From: Lingula anatina
Lineage: Eukaryota; Animalia; Brachiopoda
Reading direction: 5' to 3'
Length of the DNA: 64,000 nt
NCBI GenBank assembly: GCA_051362555.1
Contig: CM120640.1
Coordinates: 17,980,001 to 18,044,000, forward strand
The position numbers and the translations under genes are program-made. Every line of letters starts with the position of its first letter. The first letter of the stretch is position 1. The notes beneath the pieces are model-generated. The model was not told the origin of the DNA. It searched no databases and saw only the letters and a program-made list of their open reading frames with translations. This document shows positions 13,239 through 27,795 of the stretch, one piece after another.

Positions 13239-15233
13239 ATATTCATTAATAAATCACAAATGCTGTTGTCTTTAAAATGTTCAAAATTGTTCACTTAGAA
13301 AACATTTTCAGTCATCTATCAAATTGCATGTGTGTACACATACATTGAATTTGACAAAAAAAATAATGTTGAGGGAAACCATATATTGATGCTTTTCTAA
13401 CCAGAAATAGAACCACTGCTGCTGAGAGATGTGTTTTAAAGTGCTTTAAGGATTAGATTGTTTTATTTTGTAGCCCCCATGGTAAATGTTTCAGACACAC
13501 AGCTCATTTGGGATAATAAAAATCAATTGGGTTTCAGCAGAGTAAAATATTAATGATCTCCCATCACGGCCATGTCCGCTCTAGAGACAATCCAATAGTT
13601 TCTGTAGATTTTCTAACTGGGAATGGGTCATTGTCTGTGCTTTACATTTACATACACTTCAGGTATTTTTAGCAGTTACATGTAATGGAGTGTAGCATTA
13701 TCGGCAGTCCTTTTACTGTTTAGCTAAATCATCTGGGTTAAAGGCTGGTGTGGAACTGATGAAAAATTATTGATTTCATTTTGTATATTACTTTGTTGGA
13801 TACGTCTGCTGAAGATTCATCGAATGACACCTGCTGATGAAATTTATCATACATAATTACATGACAGTAATGAATGAATACTTAAATAACTGCAGTTGAA
13901 TTTTTAATTTTAGCCACATAGTTATAAAAATTAGCCTTACATTTTTGATAAGATCATTCATTCAAATTATGTTGAAAGAAGTGCATATATTATATAGTCC
14001 AGTTAGATGACATTTATCTACCAAATTTAATTGCTTTAAAACTGAACATAATCAAAATGCATATTTGTAGTACTTCAGAAGCTTAAGTATTTCGTTTTTC
14101 AAATCCAGTGCACACTCCTGTAGGAGTATAGCATTGAGTGGGGAAACCGCTATAGTATATTTTTAGAGTACTTACAGCTGCTAATAGACAATCTATTCTT
14201 AGGTCTATGATTAAATGCCTTTAGGAACTAGAAAACTAAAACTAAGAGCTGAGTTAGGTTTCATTTCATTTGCAAGGAGCAGAGGAACCATATTTTTCCC
14301 TGAGTGAAGTACATCTTTTGTAAGGTCATGCATGTTTTAATGATTAATAAGTCTTTGCGTGCATGTCTCCAATTTCTTGATTGAAAAAAGTGAGAAATGC
14401 ACTGGTTCTCAATTCTTTCAATCGGAGAATTTTCTTTAGATGGGGCACTTTGCAATTAACTGTCGTCTAAAACTTGTGCCATACTAGCACTGTTTAAGGT
14501 AGCACTGTTTTTTTTCTTTCAAGTGCATGGGACCAGTATGTGTGGATTGTTTTAATCAAAGTGTCCAGCTTTTAAAAATGGAAAACACCTTTACCCATTT
14601 GGGGTACATGCATATTGTAATGTATATGTTGTATACAATATTTTTCAGTACAGGGATGTTTCTGAAATGTTCAGTATTTCTGTAAAACAACATACTGTTC
14701 TATGGAATGTGCCTTAATAGGGAAAATTGAATCTTGCAACTCAGAAGCATCATGTGTCTTTTGTAACCCCTATCATATGTTTATTGTCTATAGTTATGTA
14801 CTGTGATTTATTGAACAAGGATCAGTTAATCGGCTCACTGTCAGCCATATTTCATAGATTATGCTTATATACTTGATACTGAGAAGTAATGTAAAATCAA
14901 TAGATTGCTAATAGTCATTGCTGGCATAAGTACTGTCACTGAATATATGGGAAAGATGCCTTGCCAGATGCAAAGATGGGCCACTCTTTGTCTGCTTTGT
15001 AATATTAAAATAATACTTGTAGTACAGGTGTAAAATCATCTTATGGGAAAGTGTATAATTTTTAATCTACAGGATCTTATTAGAAAAATGTATTACCAGG
15101 AAACTTATTTGATGTTGAATGAGTGCTGAAACAGAAAAAAATATTCCAAATAATGGGGAAATATAGGTATATTGACAGTCAGTCAGTAGGTGTTAATTTA
15201 ATGTTTACCAGTAAACCAGATTTGTAACCCTGA

Positions 15234-15237
<4 letters not shown>

Positions 15238-15270
<33 letters not shown>
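15238..15270. repeat. (CT)n microsatellite
   Basis: Direct reading. Confidence 0.9.
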
Positions 15271-15279
<9 letters not shown>

Positions 15280-16334
15280 CATATATATGTTTATCAAGAA
15301 TTCATTACCAATATAGGGTTTCTGTGACTTTGTGTCATAGATGACTGCCAGAGACAGCATTCTGTAATTATTTGCTAAGGTATCAGTGCAAGCTTTTTGG
15401 TTACAGGCTTTTATGCTGATGATGCAGTCAGTTTCTATGGTACTTCTGCATGACTAAATAACTATGGCAGTCACTGTACAGTGGCATATAGTGTTGGCTT
15501 ATTGAATGATGACAGTATTGATGAAGTAATAACTGTGGTCGCCGCCTCATATTGCTGCACACACAGGACAAGGCTGTATTGAGAATATGGCAACAGGTAG
15601 CTGCTCTGACGTCCATGATGCATTCTCAAGATGGCAACCAAGAACAGAATGCCACAGACTTTTGGACTGCCTGAATATTTCCTGGAAAATTAATCTGAGC
15701 ATGTGAAAGAGTGAAACACAATTATAGCCCTGTGGTTTAGGATAAACCTTAACATAACAGTGTAAAGTATGTTAATATGACTTCACACTTGAGTCTTCCG
15801 CAGTTTCTCAGGATTGCTTCATGTTTCATAAGAACACTTGGAATAATAAAGAAGAACTGGTTCATTTTCATGAGCCATTTACTTTACATATTTCAGCTAT
15901 TTAGGGTCTTGGCAGATCTAGTGTTGTAGTGTGTGAGTTTTTTTTTATTTTAAAAAAATGTTATGGTTGATTTCACTATTAGGAAACACTGTCACAAGCA
16001 ATGGACAAACTCTATTTCCTCTTACTTCTTCAATTCTTGGTTCATTCCACTATACCTAGAGAATAAGACTGATCAAAGCAATTCACCTTTCAAAAATCCA
16101 AATTTACTTTTATTCATGGTCTCTACAGAATTCATCTCTAAACTGATGTGGTAGAATTTGCGTACAATTTAAGTTCTGTAAGCCATGAGATATTTCCAGG
16201 ATTTATATATATGCAATGGCAAAATGCTATCTTGGAATGTCTGGACCAATAATGCCTTCTGCCTTTAAATTTGTGAGAGTGGCTCTGAGTCTTGAACAGC
16301 CTGAAGATGATGATTGAATCTTCTCTGTTTGCAG

Positions 16335-16416
16335 GTGTGCTTCCAGGAGTATCCAGTGGTTTGTTGATGCTCTGTGCTGGCAGACACTGTTCTGAACCAT
16401 GTAACCTTCTCAGCAG
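16335..16416 (+). other. Candidate 5'UTR exon of rdgB
   Basis: Acceptor ttctctgtttgcag| and donor cag|gtaaga flanking an 82-nt GC-richer segment. Confidence 0.45.
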
Positions 16417-19400
16417 GTAAGAGAATAATCTCACAGAAAAGGGGTTTACATGAGTTTGACAATACAAAAAGTTACACTTCAGTATATTGCATATGATGAG
16501 GTGTTATAGAGTGTAAGTATTATATATAAGAGATCTATAAAGTAATGGCCACAAGAACAGTGTAACCCCCTTCATTGGTCATGATCTGCAGGCTTGAACT
16601 CTTAAGATATTTGTATTTGAGCACAAATATTTTGTTTACCTCATTGCATACATTTAACTTTGAGTGTGTAAAATGTCAGATGAAGAGAGTGAGGCAAGGG
16701 ACCCCTGGTTTAAATGTGAGATGGCCATTATGTACATTTACTGCATGTTAAGATGTTTCAGGGGGGAAATGATAAATTAACTGACAAGTTGATAACCTAG
16801 AAATTAACAAGTGGGAAAATTTCACAAAAATTAAAAAGTAACACTGCATGATATATTATCTGCTGGTATGTATACTACTATTATATTAAAACAAGATGGA
16901 GAACATTTTCATGAAGATTGTTTTAACTTATTTCCTATTTTACTTACTAGTAAGTGGAAGGCATTTAGTAGAAATTGGAAGCTTTTACTAGTAAGTTGTA
17001 CTAACAGAAACATTGCTTAGGTCTTCTTTGAATGTGATAATGATTTTGGTATTTGTTTATATGAAAACATGAATGCACATATATGAGAGTAAAAACATCA
17101 AGCTTCCATCAGATATTGTGTACTTTAATTTGTTTGAACCATGATATCCATAAGCATATATACTAGTATGTTTCGTCATTTATTCTGTTTATGGCTCCTC
17201 CTTGTTTCTGAAATGACAGATCAATTATTTTATGAGAATTAGTGGATGACAGATTGGGCAGCCTGTCAGCGATTTAGACCAGGCACGAGGAGACTATTGG
17301 ATGCCATTGTGGCACTGGCTAACTGGCAGGCCCAACATCTATAGAATTCTCACTGTCTAAGCCTGCATTCTGAAGTAGCAAGTGCTGCAAGTTATGACCA
17401 TATGCTAAGCCAGATTGTTGCCTTATGGTAAAAAAAGTGATTCATCCTCTATTAGCAGTATGATTGCATTGCTATGCAGTATGAGATATTGGCATTTTGA
17501 AATGAGACCAACCTATTGACTTGTGATTGTAAGGGACTCCGCACAGCACTAATGGCAGACAAAACACAATCCTGGTTTTACTAGATATATCAGTGATAAA
17601 CGCACAGATTCAGGACTGACATTTCTAGCTCTATCTGAACACACTGGTATGTGTAAAAGGAGAGAGACCAAGTACAAGCATTCTGTTAGTGTGTGTTTCC
17701 AGTTGAGTTGGGTTGACATATCTCTGTACAGCCCATCTAATATACCTTAAGCCCGTCATTGGAAGTTAAACAGAAGGTATGCAGCTTGCCTATGTACAGT
17801 ACCATTGGAAAAGACAAGAAAGCGATGAGTTTTACTGCCTGTTTCAGAAAATAAATTTAGCCCAATAATTTGGTCTAGTTCAGTTCAAGATAACTACTAG
17901 TACTTAAATAAGGTAAGTATATATTGGTCTTAATCATTGACGACATCTTTTACAACAGGTGTAATGATGGTAATATATTTCATTTAATTGGAATAATAGT
18001 ACTGATATATCCTGAACCAAAGTAGACTTAAATTTTAGTCTAAATGTTACAACCAATTTTCAGGCTAAAGTTCTTTGTGAAACTGGCCCCTGACGATCCC
18101 CTGAGATGGGCCATTGTCAGATAGGTCATTGTAGTTTGACTGGAAACACACTGTATGCCTAATATCTGTATGATTCCTTAGAGGGATCCTGCTGTATATT
18201 TTTAGTTAAAAATTGATCTCTACGTATATTATAGGAAAGGCAAAATGGCTTTGGTGGTGTGTAAACATGTTTGTTTTTACTGTTGATGGTTAGCTGCCGG
18301 CAAGATAACATGTACTAGGATGCTAGAATGTTGTTAAGGCAGGATCACACGTGGGTATCCAACTTCACATGCTCAGAGGGTGTATAGCCAGTCACACTTC
18401 TCTTTCAGTATAATAGGACTGGTAACTTGAACAGTACTAGTATTTAAATTGTTTACAGTGCAGTTTTTAGGCTAATGATGAAAATAAACAATGTATGATA
18501 AGCTATCTTTGTAATAATAAACAGTAAAAAAATTGTTAATAGTTAACAGTACAGTTTGGGATGTATTTGTCTGTTACATACTGTAATATATTTATGAACA
18601 CAGTGAATATACTGTATGTAATGAGTTTGGATACCATGAAGATGTACATGTTATGCAAAACCAATACAGAGATGATTTCTGTTTTCAAGATTATTAATAT
18701 TCTCACTTTGTAAATATAATAAATATATTATCTTATTTTTACAATAGTACACATTGTTTTAAATATTTTTTGTCAATTTTAAGCAAAGTAATGCTTCTGA
18801 TTTTAAGTTTGGCTTTATTGTAACAGCTGTGGCTCTTTTCACATCAAGAGGTACACATTTCTTTGGGGGGGGGGGGGGGGGGGGGCATAAGTTTTTGCAA
18901 GTACTGTACCAGTCAGAATTACTCCACTTAACTGGCCATGTCAAGTGCTGGGGATTCATTCAGGTGAGACTAACATAAATTATAATCAGGCTATAAAATT
19001 GTTAATCTCTCATAAACTAGTGGGTTACAAAAAATTGTTACACTTGATATGATAAGGGAGCCTACAGATATCAGTTATATATTTGCTAAACACAGATAAA
19101 GATGGGATTCTGATTATACACCAACTGATCAATTAGAAGAACCAGGTTATTACTATGATTATGATTATTATTATTTTTCAGAAAAAAATAATTCTAATTG
19201 AAAATGTTAACTGTGCATCGCGGCATGAATTTTGATCTGTGCAATACGTAAAGGTGATAGTTCTGTAAAAGAGAAAATCATGCCAGCAGAAAACGGGTTA
19301 GCTGTTCACTGAAGTCAATGAAGATCAGATGTGCCCTTTTACCTTCAGTGATAGCATTAAGCTTTTTGTAAATCAGTGACAAATGTTCTTTAAGTTTAAA

Positions 19401-22400
19401 ATCAACGGGTTTTGTAAAAATGGTTGATCTTGTTCTGTGCTGAAATATTTCTGCGAGCTCTAGGTTGAAAAGTACTCAATTATCTAAAATATTAACATGT
19501 TTTTAGCACACAATGAATAAAATCATACTAGTTTAGATAACCTTCCCTGTGCTTGGACATTTTGTTTTGACATAATAAATAGCGTTTCATTTATTTTGGA
19601 ATATATTAATACTCCACAATCTTTAAGAAAATAAACCCACAGTTTTTATCCTTTAAAAGGATACATATACAGTTAAATTTTTCCCATCAGCAATGCTAAG
19701 TGATATAGGCATGTAGCATCTGGCCTGTCAGTACAGAGTGATATGAATGGCAGATATTAGCATACATAATAATTAGTGTGAGGAGAATAAAATACATATG
19801 CATAAATTGTTGTGTGGGAATATGCTGGTTGTATGCTGGTATTGTGGTGACAGGTTGTGTTGTATGCATGTCTGTATTCAACTCCTACGCATTTAAGATG
19901 GAAACAAAGTATAGTTAACAATTTATGTTTTTCGGCTATAATTCTTTTGATATGTTTATTGGGGTATTATTATTTTTTATCACATTTACATTGAGGTGAA
20001 ATTTACTAAAGGTTCTGTTTTGTCAAAAGCTTCAAAAAAATATTGAACTGTATTGCTGCCACAATTTTTGTTGAGATGAGTAAAGTATGTGTTCATCAAA
20101 GGCACACACTATCAATAATTGTACTTGTAAGTTTGCTTAGAACTGTCAGCATCTCTCTTCACGTTTTGTTGATTGCAATATCAGAACATGAATTATTAAA
20201 GATTATATTGGAGAGGTTAATTAATTTAATATTGCCTGACTATGACATTTAAAAGGACATGAGACACATTTTCATTAAAAGTTCACTGTTCTCCCCCTAA
20301 GGTGATGCTTGTAATTTGTTTGTACAGTTTAATATGGACATTTTGCCCTTCTTTTAACACATCGATTCCACTGAATTGCCTCCCCTGTTCTGATAAAAGT
20401 CTGGTGAATTTAATTGATATATTTGAACATATTTGATCAGTGAAAATTCTTGAAATTTATTGTTTTTGATAAGTATCTTTAAAAAGTTATTTCTAACATC
20501 TGAAATATGATTGACTTTGAGTTTATTGTAGTCTTAAAAATGGCAAATCTTGAAATAAAATGTTGCAAAGTTGATATTTTCAATAACCATAAATTTTGAT
20601 TTCAAGACAACTAAGGGCTAGTCATGTATGTCAGAGTTAGTCTTATCAGGCAGTGAAAAGTGCATAAAGAACAATTTATATCCTAGAGTTATATCTTTAC
20701 GTAAAACATTGCTCCAATTTCCTTCAGATATATAATGAAGGTCATCTAGGTTTTATCAGTATTAAATAATCTCCGAGATAGGTATGAATACTTGGAAAAA
20801 ATTAAGATTTTATAAGTGCTATACCAGGTCAGTGGTGTTAATTGCAAGTAATCAATCCTTTAAGCCCTCAGCAGGTAGTCAAAATAGGTGATGGAAATTG
20901 ATTGCGCTTATTGGATCATTGCATGCATTAGGGTAGTGACTTCAGGATGTGATAGGTAAATTTATGTATGTATATAATGGGAAAGAGGTTTTCAAGAAGA
21001 CCTTCAACCTATAGTATATAGGCAGTGCAATAGTGGGTTATGTAAACATTGTATGGGAGAAATTTCCCCATTAACATTTTGACCCTATAGCATTCTGTTG
21101 ATGCTGAAAAGTGAATTATATTTAGTAGTCCAAGTCTAAATGTAGTGTGGGTAAGCTGGTCTAATTTGAGATTCCATGTTATCATGCTGGCAGACTACCT
21201 CAATTATTCTAAGAGATACAGTCTAGATTTCAATTTTCAGTTTGCATACAAGCAATTGATGAAATACAGATGTATTGTTGATTTGTTAATATATAACTTC
21301 AGTGAAGGATTTGATTTTCTTCCAGCATAACTTGCTGTTCAGTAATTTTTTGCACCTACAAATATAATGGGTGTAAGGTACATGAAGTTTAAAGCTGTAT
21401 GAAAAACCGAAAGATGAAGATATTACTACATACATATACACAGTAAACATGTACATACATACAGAATTAGGCAAATAAAGGAAAATGGCACTTATGTCAA
21501 ATGGAAAGTTTTCATAAAAAAATTAAAAATTCATTTTCCTTGCTTTGACCAATAGTCCACCTGTCCAAAAACGTATGAATATAAGTATGTATATATGTAG
21601 TGCAATAAAGCAGCTGATTCACTTTCCTCTGGAAACTTGGCAGAAAAAATATACAATCAGCTTCATCTAGTGCTTGTTTTATAAAGGATGGATGATTTTG
21701 GTGGGTTTTTAACTTGCAATAGACCTGTAAATGTCTGTTTTAGTAATTAACTTTTGGCTTGAAACATTAGTCATGTATTTTTTAAATGGTTGTAATTTTG
21801 TATTTAAGTGGCTTACTACTGATTTGTAGTAATTTAGGTAAGGTCATAGTAAACAAAAATTTGGGTATAAAATTCAGACTTACTTTTGCACCAAAGTAAT
21901 TTTGCTATGCTGCCATTGTGAATGAAATTTCCTGAAAGAACACTATTTTTGGGCCATTAAGCATTTTTTTATACCTATGTCATCTTTTTAGTTTGTCATA
22001 CGTTATACGATGACCTCATCTATAATGGCAAGGTTCCTCGTGACACCACCGGTAGGGTAATAATTTTCCACAGCTTCTGTCTGTCTGTCTACTCTGTGTA
22101 TTGGCTGACATCAATAAATATGTTATTGCCTCTCTAGATGACAATGCAATCTCAGCTTTATTTGACATGGTGTAAACATGACATTTTTGTATGATTTGAT
22201 TACAATTGACTTCATATATCACCCCTCTTTCACAACTAGCTTTAGGCTCATAAAGGTTGAAGCCATATAAGTATATTCATGTTTGACGCCCTTTTCTTTT
22301 TTCAGTGGGTGTCTTTATCAGTCATGTACCATATGATTGACTACACAATAGTGGGCTTTCACATGTTATATTTATAAAGGACACATGCTGTATTAATTCA

Positions 22401-23373
22401 AGTCTTTACTTTTCCAGTTTCTTGACAGCCTGTGTGCCACTCAGAAGAGTAAAGGTGAGTATCAATATGTCTCAGTAACTGCTCTCATTTGTATTGTCTT
22501 GCACTATTATAGTACATACATGTATTTTGGGAAAACTCTAGCATTTTTACTTGTGGCTACATACAAGTAACTTTCACATTTTGTAAAGACTGATTCAATT
22601 TGTCATGTTATCATAGTACTTTAAGAAAGCTAACCAGTGGCGTTGTGTTTCACAAAAAGCCTCTATGAATGACCATACAATGCCTTTTTTTTATATCGCC
22701 AATCAACAAGCGTTTCTTCAACTGTTGGCCCACAATTTTTACCCTGTAGAGTAATAATCACAGTCAAGAATGTAACAAATTGATAAAGAGCTCTGTTAAA
22801 AATCAGGGAAAAATCATGTACAGTAAGTGGCTTTTAAGATTCCTTGTGAAACTCAATTTAGTTGGCTAAATTCTTAGCAGTCTTTACAATTAGCACAGTT
22901 TTTACTCTTAAGTCGCTTTAATTTGTGGAACAGGTTTCTGATGCAGTGCATACACATTTGTTTGCAATTAAACATGGTAGACTAAGTTAAGTACTTATTT
23001 AAATACTTATAGGTTTATGTGCCTGTTGAACTGCAAAGGATAGTTGGCTCATTTTCTGTCTGGTATTTTCGAAGGAAAATTGTCTCATTCTTTGTTCAGT
23101 ATTAGCTATAGTATATGGAGATATTATACTGTATGCAGTGTTAATTACCAGTGCAGAATACTTTAACATAGTGCTAAAAATGACAACCTAAATGAGTGAG
23201 GATTGAAATGATTCATAGTTTGAAATTTTCACCTTTGAGTTTGTCTAACAACAACATGCTTTAGTAGATCATCCGGGTAACTCCCTATCACCACAAGAAT
23301 AACATTATTAATTATCAAACAGAGTAAAGAGTATTTTTTTATATTTTAAACTGGGATAAATTTGACTCTGAAA

Positions 23374-23718
23374 CAGACATGCTGAAACTGTCGGTCCGAT
23401 CGGTCATGACCGAGAAAATTTGTCTGGACTGGTAAAAATTTGGATTTGGTCGGTCCAAAGGACTGACAAGAGTTTCAATTTTGAATTTTCCAATCATCAT
23501 TCGACATACTTCACTGATAAAATTATATAAAACCCAAAGCATTTGTCCCTTCCAATTCAAACCTATCACATTCACAAACAAAGTAAGCTCCCCTAATCGT
23601 ATCTGTCTCAAACAAATAGAGTTATTTTCGGTCCGACAAAAATCCATTCGGTCCGACAAATTTTTCATTACTGCTGGTCCAAATGTCCGGCCTTTCTGAA
23701 AAGTTTTCAGCATGTCTG
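23374..23718. mobile_element. Non-autonomous DNA transposon, CAG...CTG termini, 6-bp TSD (hAT6-like)
   Basis: Perfect 14-bp TIR CAGACATGCTGAAA / TTTCAGCATGTCTG; CTGAAA on both flanks (23368-73, 23719-24); subterminal tcggtccga repeats with CpGs intact. Confidence 0.85.
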
Positions 23719-24222
23719 CTGAAATAGAAGTTATATATTTTATGTATATTTTTCAAATATAATGCTTGGAAAGATTATAATAGGATGTTGCTATGGTTCA
23801 TTTACTTCACAATGCTAGACACATGCTTATATGCTAAAAAGATTTCCAATTTTATGCTACTGACAGTGTTTAAAGCCATTCTAATAACATATCTGAGCAA
23901 TGGAAAAACTCGGCATATAAGCAGTGATCTTTCGTAGTGATAACTACTTTAGTTTTGTTCTGTTGGAAATGATGTGAGGCTATGGTCTGGTACACCAAGG
24001 CATATGTCAAGATCAGAAAATCCAGCTGCAGTTTATTTTGCATGCATGTGCAACATGCATGAATGTGATGTAGACCTCTTGTCAGAACAGTGTCTGTGAC
24101 CCTAGATCACATATTACACCTTCCTAACCCTTGTTGTATCGGATTCTTGTTTCAGGGGACGCCTAGGTTTCTGGACAATGCAGTTCAATAGTTGACTGGA
24201 CACCTGACTGGTGGGGAGAAAC

Positions 24223-27200
24223 ATGCTGATAAAGGAGTACAGGATCCCCCTTCCTCTCAGTGTAGAGGAGTACAGGATAGCTCAACTGTATATGATACAG
24301 GTAATAATACTCTAACACAAAGTTCACAGTAGTAGTATTTAAAAGATACATAAAAATTGTGGTGAGCCTGTGAGTGCTTAGTACTCAAGGTGAAAATCCC
24401 CATCCATACAGTACTCGTAGCAGCAGATACTAATGCTTCATATTTATTATTTATTTATTTACTTTCTAGGTTTGGGCCTGATTGAATTATTAACTCTGCA
24501 ATTTTTTAGTTTTCCGGCTTTTCAGAGGCAGTGATTTGTATCCAGAATGGACTTAAAATATAGATCAATAGTTCCTTAAAAAAGAAATTCATAATATCTA
24601 TGTTGCCATTTTGAAATTTATTTTATTGGCATATGAGTCATTTTTATCTTAATAAGTTAAATGCAATTGGAATAATTTACTTGACAGTATAAATGCCTTG
24701 TCTGATACAGAATGGGGAAAAAAAAGATCTATTACATGGAAATGGTATAACCCTTTTAATGCAGAGTGCAACTTGTGCTTTTAATCCCCCCAAGATATTT
24801 TCTCCCATCAATAGGCTACACAGGGTATCTTTCCTAAATGCACCAGTGTTTGTTACTAATTCTTAATGATTTAACATTTGCACAAAAATGTCATAGAGAA
24901 TAACAAATAAAAATCTCAATGAATCAAATTCAAATGGAATGTGAATGCCTCTGGATTTATATTTTCCCTTTGAGAAATAAATACCTTCACCTGCCTGAGT
25001 AGATTGTTGCAGCTCAGCCTTGGAGTCCCTCAGTGGAGGTTAGAGACCATTAGTGTGGCATGTAGTTACTGTTGTGATGATAGGCAGAGAACCTGGACCA
25101 GTCTAGCATGCCTAGAATTTTCCATTGAAATGCCATGTATTTCAAGCAAGTTATGTATTACAGCTGTATATTTTCAGTTCGTCCTTCTTATATTTACTCT
25201 TCTCTCAGTGTTTTCAAAGAAAAAAAAATGGAGGGAAATTGAAAAAAATGATGATGTTTGTAAAGAGAAGTGATGTGAATTTTTTTCACAGCTTTGTAAA
25301 ATGGGGTAACAAGTACTTGGATGGTGAGCCACAGTGATACTCTTTATATATAGGTGGCTGTGCACAGGTGTTAGTTGGCCCACAGCCCACTAACCTTATT
25401 ACAGGGGTTAAATGGTATTGCATTTATAGCTCAGAATGTTGACATTTGAACCATTAATCCCTCTTTAAATATCAACAAGAGTTTATTGTTTACTGAAAGT
25501 TAGGTTTTTTTGTTGAGGATATCATTCAAGGATTGGATTTTATGTCATTTGATATGATTAGGCAATTTGACTTGGTTCATTATGGTCTTATTCCTCAACC
25601 TAATTATTAGCAAATTTGTTTTTACAACAATGCAAACATTCTAAAAATCCTTATGAAATGATTTAACTTGAATGTTTTTTTTTATTTTATAGAAAAAGAG
25701 CAGAGATGAAAGCAGCAGCTCAGGCAGTGGTGTGGAAATTATTGTTAATGAGCCCTACAAGGATGGCCCAGGAGGAAATGGACAGTATACTTATAAGATA
25801 TTTCACATTGGGAGCCATTTGCCAGGTAGTACTTATAGTTTGTGGATTGCTGGCATAAGTAGAAACTCTAACATTTTTGCATTTATTTTTCTTAGCAATT
25901 TTTAGCTATTTTTATGTAGACTGAAAATTAAATTGTCAGCCTGTGGTCTGTGTTTGCGTGATGGTTTTTAACACTTTACATGGACTAATGTAGTTGCTAC
26001 ATATACAGTTTCAGTATTCATTTAAATGAAGAAAGGTTAATACACTTCCTAAAGTGTCTTTTGCTTAGTACAGTTGATATTGATCTGCCTTGTAACCATT
26101 TGTGCTATTTTTGTTTTATGTCAATGAAACAAGTAGTACAGTAATCAATGCTAAAAGGAAAGCAGTCTTTTTAATGGCATTAAGTGTACTGCATTGTTAT
26201 CTGCATGTGTATTGCCATGATTTCAGGTTGGTTCCGTGCTATCCTTCCCAAGTCGGCCCTGAGGGTGGAGGAGGAGGCCTGGAATGCTTATCCCTATACC
26301 AAAACCAGGTACAAGTGTCCTTTTGTGGAGAAATTCCTCCTGGAGATAGAGACCAAATATCTTGGTGATGGAGGAGAGGTAGAAAATGTGTTTGACCTGT
26401 CAGCTGCAGAACTGAGGAATAGGACAGTAGGTAGGTGGTGTTTGATTTGTGCTGATTGTGTCAGTTGTGATGGAATGTGTTTAAAATGTATTGCAAAGTT
26501 TGGTATCAGCTTGGACCCAGTTGCTTAAAAGATCTTTGGACTGAATGCTAGTCAGAACTTAAAGATGTTTTGTTTAAAATTTTTTAGTGTACTTTGACAC
26601 AAAATCCATCAGTATTAGACCTCTTTTATCTCCTATACATTGTGCTGCTTGGTGTACAAAAATAATTTCATGGAGTATTATTAATCCACTTGCTAGGTAC
26701 AGCTGTGGGTGCATTGTCTTTGCATCTGACCTTCTCTCTCAGCCTGGTGCATTTGACTGCAGAGCATGATTTTCAACTGCTCAAATCCCCTTTTCATTGT
26801 CTGTATTGCTGGTTACTATGTCATAAAGATATTCATCAACACTCGCCCATCCAACTTCAAATTTGTCAGCAATGTGCATCAACTTATTGTGCTTTCTGAT
26901 GGAGTATCTATCATTTGTAACATCACTTTTTGCAGCACCAAGATTGTTGCGCCCTATGTCATATAGTAAATAGTGAATATTTCAAGCTTAAATTCTTATT
27001 GCACTCTGTTTCCTTTCAATTTGTATTTAAAAGAAAGTTACCCCTTCTTTCTTTATCTTCTTTCTCAAGTTGGATAATTTTTTTTAATCCTCAAAGGTTT
27101 CACGCTTCTGTGCTTCAAATTTTGATGTCAAATGTTTTTCTAAAGAAGCATTAAAAAGTTCAAAAGCTTTGTTGAAAGATGGACCATGTAAATGTTCTTT

Positions 27201-27740
27201 CTTTTGCCTTCCGTTCATTGCTCTTAATTTCAATCTATTTTGACTCAAGATAAATCATTAGTAGTCCACTAAAATCAACTGATTTACCTTTTATTAAAAA
27301 AAAGAGTGGTTGGTATTTAAAACCTATTATCATTTTTAGTTTTTTGAAGTTTCTGGCCTGCATAATCAGGGTTGAACACCTACAGATACTTAATTTTATT
27401 GAACCATTATATGTGTTTATCCTTAACTGAAATGTAACATAAGTTAATCTTAGAGGTTAGACCTATTTTAGTCTTATGTGTCTAGATCTTAAATTGACCC
27501 CTACTGTATTGAAGGGCACAAGTAGGTACATTTTTAGTAATAAGGTAACTGTATAACAATAATATTATGTATTAGTTAGGACAAACATTTGTTTGACAAG
27601 ATTGATCAAGTCTTTTGTCCCAGTGTTATACTTCTTGGACTGCTTAAATGAAAAAGGCATTTTGGTCTGGTAACATCATATTTAATATGTATAAAAAACC
27701 AAGATGTTAGGTTGGATATTATCATTCAAGTACACTTTTG

Positions 27741-27795
<55 letters not shown>

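Noticed and set aside
23339-23713. 124-aa minus-strand ORF
   Set aside because: Lies almost entirely within a 345-bp MITE and has no transposase motifs.
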